DNA of 64,000 nucleotides, taken from the IMG/VR virus record IMGVR_UViG_3300044977_000094, positions 64,001-128,000 of that record; one strand, given 5' to 3'. A program made the translations under genes and the position numbers. The notes under the pieces are model-generated. The model was not told the origin of the DNA and did not search any database. It worked only from the letters and a program-made list of their open reading frames with translations. Each line of letters opens with the position of its first letter. Within the stretch, counting starts at the first letter, position 1. The stretch comes from a virus. Of the stretch, positions 7,981 to 17,874 are shown one piece after another.

Positions 7981-8936
7981 CGCCTCACGATCCGTCCGCG
8001 CAGTTCAGCCTCTTCCTTCATGCACAGTTCGTAGGTTGCCACTTCGTCGAGTCCCACGGCGATGATCCTCCACGCGAGCGGCATCCACCCGTCGAGCGCC
8101 TGGGCGCGGCGGGTGACCGTGACGCGCGAGACCGGGCCGGAGGAGACCAGCTCCAGCTCACCCCGCAGCATGGGCCGGTGCGTGCTGTCGAGGTTGCGCT
8201 CATCCGGGTTGGCCATTATGTCGACGTTCGCGCCGTACTCCCAGACGTCGGTCACGTCAGCTCCACCGCCGCCGCGAGCACGATCACCAGCACGTACCAC
8301 GCGGCCACCATCGCACCCAGCAGCCCGGCCCAGGCGCAGAGCCAGCGCGCCCACTCCGGCAGCCCGGAGAGCAGGGCATGCGCGGCCCGGTGGGCATAGG
8401 CGGTCGGGGTGCGGTCGGCCCAGCGGGAGGTAGTCATGACCCCAGTCTCCATCCCGGCGCGATCTCGGCGAGCAGCCGCATGCCAGCCTCGGCACCACGC
8501 AGGTGCTGGGCCACAGTGAGGCCCACGTTGGCCAGCGACGGCGCAGCGGGCGGTGGATCGTTGGGGTTGCCGGAGCGGTGACGGTCGAGCTGCGCCAGAG
8601 CACGGTCCGGGTCGGGGCGACGGCTCACGACTCCCCCAGCTTCGACCAGGCATCCCGGAGTACGACATCAGCTGCGTCCCTGGCCTCAGCGCTCGGATAG
8701 TAGACCTTCGTGCCAGCCTCGCGCATCTCTGGGTGCTCGGCGAACAGCAGCTCATCCAGCGCACTCCGTGCCTGGGCCACGGCTTCATGGGCCTTGGTCA
8801 GCTGCGTCGCGGCCCTGCTGTTCTTCGGGTAGGCCTTCTTGATCTCAACGCTGCGCTTCACCAGATAGTCGTGCACAATGGCGAGTTCGACGCCGAGCTG
8901 CTGATGCCGATCGAGGGTGAAGCCGGGCTTCTTCAT
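7977..8936 (-). CDS. Four coupled small hypothetical genes (7977-8255, 8252-8437 membrane, 8434-8628, 8625-8936)
   Basis: 4-bp start/stop overlaps throughout. Confidence 0.6.
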
Positions 8937-8976
8937 GGTTCCATCATCCTCGCTGGTGCTGCTTTCGGCCACGGGT

Positions 8977-9591
8977 TCAGTGCCATGGTGCGGGCCCGGT
9001 CCGTGAGGCCCATCCGGCGAGTTCCCGCTGCCCGTACAGGCGGATCCCGGCGCGGGCGGCGTAGTCGACAGCAGCCTTGGTGTAGCCGGAGGTGGTGACG
9101 ACGGCCGCCAACTGGGCACGGTGGACAACGGCGTAGGTTCCGCCGACCTTCTGCACCTCGGGGGATCCGACGCGGTTGGTGGGTGCGTAGCGTTTCGCCT
9201 GGATCACCATGCGCCGGCCGTCCGGGGTCGTCGCCAGGACGTCCGCGCCGAGGTCCCCCGCGCCGCCGACCACCTGGACGTGGGTGCAGCCGTCACGGCG
9301 GCACAGGTCCGCGAGAGCATGCTCGAACTGCTTCGGCGTCATCGCCAGGTAGCTGCCGACATGCCGCAGCTGCACCGTGCGCATGACCCTGGCCGCCTGG
9401 CGCTTGCGGAACGAGTACACGCCACCGCCGATCAGACCCACGGCCAGGACGGCGCCCAGGGCGGGGACGGCGGCGATCAGCACGACGGTGAAGAAGACCG
9501 CAGCCAGCCACTTCGCGGCCGGGGACGGCGGTGTGGTCCGGCGCTTGGCTGGCCGGCGGTAGGTGGTGCGGCGCGGTCGACGTCTGGCCAT
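8977..9591 (-). CDS. Membrane-anchored Mrr-like restriction endonuclease
   Basis: Two N-terminal TM helices, then FE..LA.L...G...GDLGADV...IQAKRY...VTTS.YT..A (Mrr_cat). Confidence 0.85.
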   Translation of the reverse strand: MARRRPRRTTYRRPAKRRTTPPSPAAKWLAAVFFTVVLIAAVPALGAVLAVGLIGGGVYSFRKRQAARVMRTVQLRHVGSYLAMTPKQFEHALADLCRRDGCTHVQVVGGAGDLGADVLATTPDGRRMVIQAKRYAPTNRVGSPEVQKVGGTYAVVHRAQLAAVVTTSGYTKAAVDYAARAGIRLYGQRELAGWASRTGPAPWH

Positions 9592-9668
9592 TTCGTCCCC
9601 CCCAGGATTGTGTGCATTGTGCCGCACCAGGCTTGGGCCGGGCGGCAGTTCGAATGGATCAGGGCTAC

Positions 9669-11933
9669 TCAAGGGCTGCCCTCGGTGACGGGCAGTCCGT
9701 ATTCGCCGCTGGCGCCCGGGTTGCGGGTGACAGTGCCGTCCTTGGTGAGGCCGCTGAGGGTGTTCTCGACGGTCTTGCGCGCGACGCCGGTCATCTGGGT
9801 GATCGCATCCAGGTGCAGGTAGCCGACCTCCAGGCCGATGGGGTCGCGGCGCTCATGGAGGACGGCGAGGATCTTCTCCTTCGCGGTCGGCTCCTTCGTC
9901 AGGGTCGTGCTCGGCTTGGCGGGCTTCCACTTCGAGGTGCCGTCCTCGTCCTCTTCCGCAGCTGGCCCGACGGGGGTCAAGGCGATGTTCTGGCGGTCGT
10001 CCCAGTCGGGGAAGTCGCCCGGAATGACGATCTTCTCGGGGTCGAACAGGCCGGCGGCGGATTCCAGGATCCAGGCGCGCATCATCTCCGCGCGCTCATC
10101 GGGGCCGACGACGTAGCCGACGCCAAAGGTGCGGCGCGGGTCGTCCTCGGCGACGGTGGCGTCGTAGATCAGGGCATCGTCGTCGCCCTTCCAGAACGCC
10201 GGGATCTTCGAGGGGTCGATGCCGTCGAAGGCTTCGGGCAAGTCCACGCGGTTTTTCTGCGCACTGTCGGAGCGCAGCAGAGCCAGGAAGCCGCCGTAGA
10301 AGAGGTTGTCGCGGATCGAGGTGTCGCCAGCCATCTTTTCGAGGTTCAGGATCTGGCCGCACAGGATCAGGCACATCCCCAGTGAGCGGGCCTGCTCGGC
10401 GATCGCCGCGACGATGAACCCGGCTTCGGCGCGGTATGGGCTCTTCTCGCCGAGGAGCTGTGCGAACTCGTCGAGGATGACGGCGATCCAGGGGCGGTCC
10501 GTGCTGGCGATGAAGTTCTTCTGCCGCATGGCCGCAGACTCCATGACGCGGTGCTGGAGTATCGCGTAGGCGACGCGCAGCGCCCCCAGGGCTTCCTCGG
10601 GGCCACAGCCAGCGTGGGCAGCCATATCTTCCACGTCGGGGTTCGAGGATCCCTTGGGGTCGGCGTAAATGAGCGCAAAGCGGTTGACGTGGTAGGCCAG
10701 AGCGAGGATTTGAAGGACGCCGCCCTTGCCGGAGCCGGTGACGCCGGCGACCAGACCGTGGCGACCGCCGCCCTTCTCGTCGAAGAGCTGGACGCGGGCG
10801 GGACGGCCGGAGATCCCGGTTCCGATGGCGACGAATCCGTTTTGGTTGGCGACCAGGGTGTCCGGGCCGGGCAGGGGCCGGCCCTCTTCCAGCGGTGAGC
10901 GGTCCATCATGCGCAGCTTGGCCTTGCGCGGGTTGTTGGTCGCGGTGACTGACACGAGCAGGGTGGTGGTGCGCAGGGCTCCGGCGATGCGGTAGGCGTC
11001 GGGCATGGTGATCGCGTCGGTGTCTTCGTCGGCGACGATCCACGCGGCGACGCCGCCGGTGGCCGGGTCGGGGATGGTGCCTTCGAGGTGGGTGCCGGGC
11101 ATGCAGCCGTTCTTGTGGCCGACGCGGCGCATCCACAGTGCGTCCAGGGCGCTGTACTGGGGCTCGTCGACTGCGGGGGCGACCATGTGGACCAGGATGC
11201 GGCGGGCACTGGTGTGCGGGCCCGCGGTGATGTGGACCTGCTCGACGGGGATGCGGTAGACGCCGGACACCGTCTCGGCGGTGACCGAGACGGGCCGGCC
11301 GGGGTCGGCTTCGATCGTGCCCTCCCATGCCTCGGGGCTGTGGCCGGTCAGGGTGAGGTGGTTGCCGGGGTGGGCGCCGTCCTCCCGGGAGATGTGGATG
11401 TGCCAGGGCATCAGCACGTCATCGCCAGGAGCCGGCGCCGCGGCCGGTGCGGGGTTGGCGGGTGCCTGGTAGGCGAGGGCCTGGGGGCGGTGCCCGCGCA
11501 GGACACGGCGCAGCGAGAACGTGACGTACCCGGTCGCGCCCCACCAGGCCAGGGAGACCAGGCCGGACAGCGACGGCAGTGCCATCCATCCGGCGACCAG
11601 GGAGTCGACGCCGGGCCAGCCGTGCATGGTCGCCGTGGCCGCTGCGGTGGCGGTGGCGATCACGGAGACCAGGAACGGCTCGCGATGGGCGCGCAGGATG
11701 TCACCGCCGGGCAGGGCGTCCATGGCGTCGTCGGGCAGCAGACGGGTGAAGTTCGCCCCGGCCATCAGGGCCGGCGCGACCAGGAGGACGCTGACGGTGC
11801 CCGCGGCCTGCCCGTCCAGCAGCGGCATGGTCAGAGCCGTCGCCAGTGGTGCGGCGGCCTGGGCGACGGCGAAGCGCTTCTCCGCACGCGGGTTCGGCGC
11901 ATGGGCAACTGCGGTGGTGTCGTTGGTGGTCAC
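9669..11933 (-). CDS. traB: TraB-like FtsK/SpoIIIE DNA translocase (Streptomyces conjugation)
   Basis: N-terminal TM segments, Walker A GVTGSGKG, DPKG, Walker B VILDEF, C-terminal winged helix (LDAITQMTGVARKTVENTLSGL). Confidence 0.82.
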   Translation of the reverse strand: MTTNDTTAVAHAPNPRAEKRFAVAQAAAPLATALTMPLLDGQAAGTVSVLLVAPALMAGANFTRLLPDDAMDALPGGDILRAHREPFLVSVIATATAAATATMHGWPGVDSLVAGWMALPSLSGLVSLAWWGATGYVTFSLRRVLRGHRPQALAYQAPANPAPAAAPAPGDDVLMPWHIHISREDGAHPGNHLTLTGHSPEAWEGTIEADPGRPVSVTAETVSGVYRIPVEQVHITAGPHTSARRILVHMVAPAVDEPQYSALDALWMRRVGHKNGCMPGTHLEGTIPDPATGGVAAWIVADEDTDAITMPDAYRIAGALRTTTLLVSVTATNNPRKAKLRMMDRSPLEEGRPLPGPDTLVANQNGFVAIGTGISGRPARVQLFDEKGGGRHGLVAGVTGSGKGGVLQILALAYHVNRFALIYADPKGSSNPDVEDMAAHAGCGPEEALGALRVAYAILQHRVMESAAMRQKNFIASTDRPWIAVILDEFAQLLGEKSPYRAEAGFIVAAIAEQARSLGMCLILCGQILNLEKMAGDTSIRDNLFYGGFLALLRSDSAQKNRVDLPEAFDGIDPSKIPAFWKGDDDALIYDATVAEDDPRRTFGVGYVVGPDERAEMMRAWILESAAGLFDPEKIVIPGDFPDWDDRQNIALTPVGPAAEEDEDGTSKWKPAKPSTTLTKEPTAKEKILAVLHERRDPIGLEVGYLHLDAITQMTGVARKTVENTLSGLTKDGTVTRNPGASGEYGLPVTEGSP

Positions 11934-11937
11934 GGGG

Positions 11938-12306
11938 CTACTCCTGCCTGTACCAGGTGCGGTCGGCCATGGGGACGGGGGAGCGGTCAGCGGCTTCCTG
12001 GATGCCGCCGTGGGTGGTGACGGTCTCCCGCTCGGCTGCCGCGGCGGCGCGGGATGCTTCGTCGGCGGCGCTGGCGTAGGCGATGGCCGCGGTGGACAGG
12101 CCCTGCATGATGCGGGCGACCTCGCGGGTTTCGCCGACGGTCGCGGTGTCGACGTGGAGCGCGGCGATCTGCTCGGCGACCCGCCCGGTGTCCTGGGCGT
12201 GGTCGTTCATGGCGCCGGCCATCTTCTTGTGCTGCTCGGTGGCGCGGCGTACGTCGCGGGCCAGGGCCCGGGTCTCGCGGAGCAGTTCGCGGTAGGTCAG
12301 GGCCAT
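11938..12306 (-). CDS. Small helical transfer-associated protein
   Basis: 122-aa all-helical protein directly upstream of traB, ending THGGIQEAADRSPVPMADRTWY. Confidence 0.7.
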   Translation of the reverse strand: MALTYRELLRETRALARDVRRATEQHKKMAGAMNDHAQDTGRVAEQIAALHVDTATVGETREVARIMQGLSTAAIAYASAADEASRAAAAAERETVTTHGGIQEAADRSPVPMADRTWYRQE

Positions 12307-12308
12307 GG

Positions 12309-13970
12309 TCAGTTCCCCTGCTTGTCGAGGTAGAACTCGCGTTCGGCGGGCGTGGTCAGGGGGGAGTCGACGACGGCCCGGTAGATGCCGCCGTGCCGGG
12401 TCTCGGCATTGGCGGCGAGGGTGCGCACGGCCTCGCTGCCGCGCTGGGCGTTCTTCTCGATCTCCTCGGCCCGGGTGCGCAGCACCTGGGACCGCTCGGC
12501 GAGACGGCCGAGCAGGATAACGATGCCCGCGCCGCCTTTGACGGCTTTCGCGTCCTCGGACAGGCGCTGTGCCCGGGTCGCCAGGTCTACGGCCTGTACG
12601 CGGGTGGCCTTGCTGCCCTCTGCGATCCGGGCGAGCGCTGCCTTCTTCTCCGCCAGGCGCCGCTCGAACTGCTTGAGGGTGCGGACTTCGCCGCGGGTCA
12701 TGCGGTGAGCGGTGTCGTCGGGGGCCGTGAAGGAGACGGTCGTGGGGCCGACGGCAGTCACCTGCACAGGCACCGCAGCGGGTGCGGGTGCGGGTGCGGG
12801 CTTCTTGGCCAGGTCGACGGTTGATCCGCTGGTGGGGGTCATCTTCGGGGCTGTGTCCGCCTTGGGCTTGGTGGCGTTGCGGGCCCTGGTGTCGGACATG
12901 GTCTTTCCCTCGGCTTTGTCGGCGGCTGTGCGATCGTCCCAGCCGTCGCGTGCGCCGTCGCGGTAGGCCCTGGCCTGTCCGACGACTGCGGCGCCCCGGG
13001 TGCCGTCGCGGTATCCGGCCTCGCGCGCCGTGCGAGTGCGCAGCTTCGGGGCGTCGGCCGGCGTCTGGGTCGCTGGGGCTGCCGTGTTCTTGGGGGTCTT
13101 GGTCTTCTCGGAGGCATCCCGAGTGGTCGGTGTGGGCTTGGCCGCCGCTGCGGTCTTGGCGTTCAGACCCTTCGGGTCGGCGCGCTTCACCATGTCCGGA
13201 CCGGCGGGGCGCGCGTTACCGTCCGGTTTCGCCGACCCAGGGGACTTGGCCGAACCGGGCGTCTTGGCCGCGGCGCCGTCCTTGGCACTCCCGGGACCGG
13301 CGGCCCTGGCGCTGGGGTCCTTGGCGGTCTTGGTGTCGCGGTAGTCCCGGTCGTCGTGCTTGGTGACCGTGTCCGCCTTCGCGGCCCTCGTGGCGGACTT
13401 CGCGTCGGCCTGCTTGGCGTCCCGGCTGTCGCGGGCGGCCTTGGTCGAAGCTGTCTTCGCGTCCGACGTGTCCGCCTTCTTGAGATCGCGGCTGTCCCGG
13501 CCGTGCCGCTGGGACACCTTGTTGTTCAGGTCCGCGACCTTCGCATCACGGTTGGTGCGGTGCTGGCCGTCGTGCTTGGCCAGCCGCTCAGCCCGGTTCG
13601 CGTTCGCGGTGTTGCTGGAGGCCCCGGAGACCCGGGTCTCCTTGATGTCGTGGGTCCGCTTGACGCTGGTACCGCCGCGCCGCAGCCGCTCCGCCAGGGC
13701 ATGGCCGAGCGCGGCCACCACACTGCCCCGGCCACCGGCCTTGGCGGTGGCTGGCTCGTCCTTGCTGCTGGCGCGGTCGGGAGTCTGGCTCATGGCAGCG
13801 GTGGTTCCGAGCGGCCGCACCGGGCGGGCGGGCTCGACTGGAGTGAGGATCCGCGCGAGCGGGCCCGGAGCAGCAGCCGGCCCGCTCGGCGCGGACTCCG
13901 CAGCCCCGTCTGCCGGCCCGGAGTCCTCTCCCGGATCGGTCGGTGCTGTCGGCGCGGTAGCTGTCGTCAT
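12309..13970 (-). CDS. TraA-like Ala/Lys-rich coiled-coil protein
   Basis: In the traB operon. C-terminus RHGGIYRAVVDSP..PAEREFY resembles that of the next gene. Confidence 0.6.
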   Translation of the reverse strand: MTTATAPTAPTDPGEDSGPADGAAESAPSGPAAAPGPLARILTPVEPARPVRPLGTTAAMSQTPDRASSKDEPATAKAGGRGSVVAALGHALAERLRRGGTSVKRTHDIKETRVSGASSNTANANRAERLAKHDGQHRTNRDAKVADLNNKVSQRHGRDSRDLKKADTSDAKTASTKAARDSRDAKQADAKSATRAAKADTVTKHDDRDYRDTKTAKDPSARAAGPGSAKDGAAAKTPGSAKSPGSAKPDGNARPAGPDMVKRADPKGLNAKTAAAAKPTPTTRDASEKTKTPKNTAAPATQTPADAPKLRTRTAREAGYRDGTRGAAVVGQARAYRDGARDGWDDRTAADKAEGKTMSDTRARNATKPKADTAPKMTPTSGSTVDLAKKPAPAPAPAAVPVQVTAVGPTTVSFTAPDDTAHRMTRGEVRTLKQFERRLAEKKAALARIAEGSKATRVQAVDLATRAQRLSEDAKAVKGGAGIVILLGRLAERSQVLRTRAEEIEKNAQRGSEAVRTLAANAETRHGGIYRAVVDSPLTTPAEREFYLDKQGN

Positions 13971-14102
13971 CTCCGGACTCCTCACTCTCAGTTGACTCCC
14001 ACCCACCCCCCACCCGGCCCCGAATGAACGAGAGTGGGCCTGTGACCTGCAAGGGGAACCACTTCGATGCAGTCCCAGCGATGGGGGGTGGGTGGGAGGT
14101 GG

Positions 14103-14654
14103 TCACGAACTGCTACGGGCAGGCAGGTGTTTCTTCACCCAGCCGACGGTCAGCACGGCGCCGATGGACCCCAGGACGATCACCCCGACATCCGAACCCG
14201 ACCCCGAGCCGCTGCTGGCATTGGAAGTGCTCGACGTGTCAGTGAGATCCGGCGTGCTCGTCGCCGGATAGACCTGGCCGCACTGCGCGACCGCACCGTA
14301 GTTACTGCCAGCCTCCGCGATGCACGCCTCCACCGCGAGACGCCGGGCCTTCTCAGCTGGGGTTTCCTGGGCCGCGGCCTGGGCCTGGGCTGCGGCCTGC
14401 TGCTGCTGGGCCAGCTCCACCTTGGCCGTGTTCAGGGCGATCTGCTGGCTCTGGACGCGCGCGTCGGCCTGGGCCGTCTCGTACTGCGACCAGGTGAACA
14501 CCCCGGCTGCCGCGACGCAGGCGAAGCCAAGGCCGAGTCCGGCCTTGGCGCGCGGGGAGAGTCTGGCGGGCGGCTGTGGCTCGTCGGGCTGCGGGTTCTT
14601 CCACGGCGGGATCGTGGTGATGTTGTACGGGTCGTTGTAGGGGGACTGGCTCAT
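14103..14654 (-). CDS. Membrane protein (Spd-like spread protein)
   Basis: TM helix, coiled coil and C-terminal TM, within the tra cluster. Confidence 0.6.
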   Translation of the reverse strand: MSQSPYNDPYNITTIPPWKNPQPDEPQPPARLSPRAKAGLGLGFACVAAAGVFTWSQYETAQADARVQSQQIALNTAKVELAQQQQAAAQAQAAAQETPAEKARRLAVEACIAEAGSNYGAVAQCGQVYPATSTPDLTDTSSTSNASSGSGSGSDVGVIVLGSIGAVLTVGWVKKHLPARSSS

Positions 14655-14671
14655 GGGTCTCGGTCTCCGGG

Positions 14672-15556
14672 TCAGCTCAGCTGGGGCAGGTCGGTGCGGT
14701 CGAGGATCTCGGTGCGGATGTTCTTCGCGGTCGACTCGGAGGGGGAGCCGAGCTTGGCTTTGCTGATCGCGGCGGCGAACTCCGACGCGGTGGGCTGCCG
14801 GCGCAGGCGCGCGAACTCCGCGTGGAAGACCGGGGCGGCCACCTCAACCCACTCGTCCATGGACCGGCGGGTGGACTTGCCGGGCTTCTTGGCGGCAGGA
14901 CGCGGGGCTCGCTGGCGGGATGCTGGCGGCAGCTGGCGGTCGTCGCTGTCGACAGGATCGGGGGTTTTCTGGCGCTTGGTCAGGTCGACCTTGTCGCCAA
15001 CTGGCGGGGGCGAGCTGTCGACAGAAGTACCGCCAATTGGCGCTGGGCTGCCGACAGGATCGGGGATCGTCTTGGCGGCAGGAACTGCGTCTTCTGGCGC
15101 CAGGGGGGCGGTCGCGTTGGCGCCAGGAGCGGTGCGCTGGAGGGCGTTGTGGAACTGGCGCATGAGGGTGCCGAACGCCAGAAGCGCCGCGACGGGCGGG
15201 ACCGCGGCGACGACGTAGGTCATGATCGAGGCGTCCGAACCGACGCCGGCGACGTTCAGGGCGATGGAGCCGCCGGAGCCGATGACGGTGAGGCCGATGG
15301 CGGCGGCGTCGACGCGGCGGCTGAGGGAGGCGATGAGGAGCAGGATCTCGCCGATGACGATGAACAGGTCGACGGTGGCGGGCCATGCCCAGGCGCGGAC
15401 GCCGCCGAGGCCGTTGTTGTGGGCGACGGTGTGGAGGTGGGCGTAGGAGAGCCAGAAGGCTGCGGCGGTGAGGATGATTGTGCAGGCGACTGCGGCGACC
15501 GCGAGCCGGCGCAGCGTGGTGGCGGTGGCCACTGGCGGTTCGTCGGTCTCGGGCAC
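14672..15556 (-). CDS. DUF2637 / SpdA-like membrane protein
   Basis: AFWLSY.HL..VA...G....AWAWP..VD, four TM helices, VVAAVPPVAALL, C-terminal HTH-like region. Confidence 0.8.
   Translation of the reverse strand: MPETDEPPVATATTLRRLAVAAVACTIILTAAAFWLSYAHLHTVAHNNGLGGVRAWAWPATVDLFIVIGEILLLIASLSRRVDAAAIGLTVIGSGGSIALNVAGVGSDASIMTYVVAAVPPVAALLAFGTLMRQFHNALQRTAPGANATAPLAPEDAVPAAKTIPDPVGSPAPIGGTSVDSSPPPVGDKVDLTKRQKTPDPVDSDDRQLPPASRQRAPRPAAKKPGKSTRRSMDEWVEVAAPVFHAEFARLRRQPTASEFAAAISKAKLGSPSESTAKNIRTEILDRTDLPQLS
14889..15126. repeat. Cluster of quasi-palindromic YTG(G/T/C)CG(G/A/C)CAR 10-mers; candidate clt/TraB- or Spd-binding site
   Basis: Copies at 14889, 14923, 14946, 14991, 15015, 15048, 15072, 15094 and 15117. 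Confidence 0.5.
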
Positions 15557-15652
15557 GGTGGTGGTCTCCTGGCTGGGGTGGGTGGGGGGGTGGGTGGTGG
15601 CCGGGCTCGCGTCGCGTGGGGGGGTACGGCGCGGGCCCGGCCGGTCTGGGGG

Positions 15653-16713
15653 TTACTGCTGGGCGTCGGGCTTGGGGAGTGGCATGGCGCGGCAGGTGCT
15701 GGCGTGGTCCTGGGCCCAGTCGCGGGCCTGCGGTGTGGCTCGTTGGCCGTCTTCGTCTCGGAGCTGGGTGTAGTCGCCCTGATATAGCCATTCGATGGCG
15801 TGGAGGGCGTTGCAGCCGGTGCAGACGGCGCGGGTGTGGGTGAGGCGGTCGCTATCGCCGTAGCCGGCGATTTTGGCGAGCTCAACCGTTGCCCCGCCGA
15901 CGGTGAGGTAGCGGGCGAATGGCGGGTCGATCGGCACGGCTTGTTGTGCGATGGTGCCGCTCGGCCCGTAGATCCACTCGGGGCGGCTCACAGGATCCTC
16001 CCGTCTGCGCTGGCCTGGAGGTGGACGTCCGTCTCGGGTTCGCGGTCTTCTGTGGTCTCGGCGGGGCTGGTGCTGTCGTCGTCGAAGAGCGTCGGCTCGC
16101 CGTTCATCGCTCACCGCCGGTCAGCTCGTCGCGGAAGGGCCGCCAGGCGTGCGGCTCGCCGATCCCGACGGGCTTCAATCCCTCGGCCGCGAGTGCCTGG
16201 TTGAGGTCGGCACGGGTGAACGACGGGGCACCGTAGGGCGCGGTGGGGATCCGGGGCTGTCCGGGGATCTGGCCGTCGGGGGTGGTGTTCATGCGGCACC
16301 GCCGAGCTGGTTGGGCTCCAGGGCGAAGAACTGGACGGCGGGGCTGCTGATACCGCTCTGCCCCATGGCCCAGGCGAGAACGGAGTCGAATGCCCGCTCG
16401 CGGGTCTCGCCGGGCTGCTGGTGGTGGATGCCCTTGTAGGTGACGGTCTGCCCGTTGCCTTGGAGGGTGATGAGGTAGAGGTAGTCGTTCATGCGACGCT
16501 CCCGACCGGCTCGGTGCGTCCGGCCCGGACGTGCTGCCAGCCGCCCCGGTCGGTGCGGGGCCAGGCGTCCTCGGGGATGTCGTGGCTGAGGGGCACGGCG
16601 ACGAGGCGCTGGGTGGGCAGCGTCGGCCGCGGGCCGAGGGGGCGCCTCGGGCTGGTGCCGAGGCCGGAGTGCGGGGTGTCTGTGCTGATCGGGGCGTGCT
16701 GGGTACTCTGCAT
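15653..16713 (-). CDS. Five coupled small genes heading the tra operon (16489-16713, 16289-16492, 16104-16292, 15988-16107, 15653-15991)
   Basis: ATGA/GTGA overlaps. Confidence 0.55.
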
Positions 16714-16826
16714 CTGGACCTTCCTCGATGGCTTAGCGGCGAGAGGTGGGTCTGGCCCCGGCCATGTGGCGTTGAGAGCGCCGGCCGGGGCCGTTTTGTA
16801 CTGGGACCGGGGACGGCCCCACGAGT

Positions 16827-16870
16827 CAAACCCTAGGGCTTGTCGCTAAGGCATGCAAGCCCTAGGGTTG
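16827..16870. promoter_or_regulatory. Paired palindromic operators between the tra operon and the divergent HTH gene
   Basis: AACCCTAGGGCTTG ... CAAGCCCTAGGGTT. Confidence 0.65.
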
Positions 16871-16913
16871 GCATCGTTGGGTCGCACTCCCCACAGACGA
16901 AGGGAGTGCGGGC

Positions 16914-17240
16914 GTGGCAAAGGAGCCCGAGGAGGTGAAGAGGCTATTGGAGGCCATCGCGGCGTTCGAGAGCATGGCGGACGACGCCGAGTGCACAGCA
17001 GCCGTATCACTGGCGCTGAACAGCATCCCGTCCCATCAAGCGCGCCTCCGCGAGCTACGCCAGGAACGCGTGCAGGCCCTCAGGGCCACAGGCATGACGT
17101 GGTCGCAGATCGCCGAGATCATCGGCGACGTTACCCCCGAGCGTGCCCAGCAGATCGCTAAGGGCCACAGCGGCGCGAGCCGCAAGAAGGCCAATAGGTC
17201 ACGATCGGCGGACTCCGAGCCGTCGAGGGGGGAGGATTGA
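16914..17240 (+). CDS. HTH regulator (Kor-like repressor of the tra operon)
   Basis: LRELRQERVQALRATGMTWSQIAEIIGDVTPERAQQIA. Confidence 0.75.
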   Translation: MAKEPEEVKRLLEAIAAFESMADDAECTAAVSLALNSIPSHQARLRELRQERVQALRATGMTWSQIAEIIGDVTPERAQQIAKGHSGASRKKANRSRSADSEPSRGED

Positions 17241-17243
17241 CCC

Positions 17244-17633
17244 ATGCTGAAGGACTTCACCGCTGCCCAGCTGGCCGATGCCCTAGAGGGCATGGAGGGG
17301 CACCCGCACAACACCGGTGGTCTGTCAATGCTGGACGAAGCAACGCTGGCCTACGGCTGGAGGCTCCCGGCGATCGCGCAGGCGCAAGAGGCGTTCTCTG
17401 CCGCCCGGCACGCGCACAAGGGCTCCTACATGACGGAAACCGGCAGCTACACCGACGAGTCGTGGCAGGCGGCCCTGGATGCCGCTTCGGGTCTCGCGGC
17501 GGAGCTCCGGAAGCTCGGCAACTACCGGCTGCCGCGCTGCGCTAAGCCATCGAAGTTCGGGCCCACGTGTGACATGGCGCTCGATGACGACGGCGAGTGC
17601 CGCAGCCAGTGGCACCTCCCGACCGCCGAGTAG
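17244..17633 (+). CDS. Hypothetical protein with C-terminal Cys/His motif
   Basis: GGAGG SD, followed by a hairpin at ~17650-17682. Confidence 0.6.
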   Translation: MLKDFTAAQLADALEGMEGHPHNTGGLSMLDEATLAYGWRLPAIAQAQEAFSAARHAHKGSYMTETGSYTDESWQAALDAASGLAAELRKLGNYRLPRCAKPSKFGPTCDMALDDDGECRSQWHLPTAE

Positions 17634-17696
17634 CCCCCGCCAACGCCTGCGCCCCGCCTCCCGTCCATCGGGAAGGCGGGGCGCAGTGTCGTGCGG

Positions 17697-17846
17697 TCAG
17701 TCCTGCTCGCTCGTTTCGGGGATCAGGAACGTCTTGATCCGGAACGGGGCGTCCGGGCGTTCGGGCCAGACGGCCTGGGGCTTGGCCTGCTGCACGGCCT
17801 CATAGCCAGCCACTAGGTGGGCGTGTTTCTCGCTGATGTACCTCAC
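17697..17846 (-). CDS. Small hypothetical protein
   Basis: GAGGAG SD, GTG start, 49 aa. Confidence 0.45.
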   Translation of the reverse strand: MRYISEKHAHLVAGYEAVQQAKPQAVWPERPDAPFRIKTFLIPETSEQD

Positions 17847-17874
17847 CGCGGGCTCCTCTCGACGGGCAACCAGT

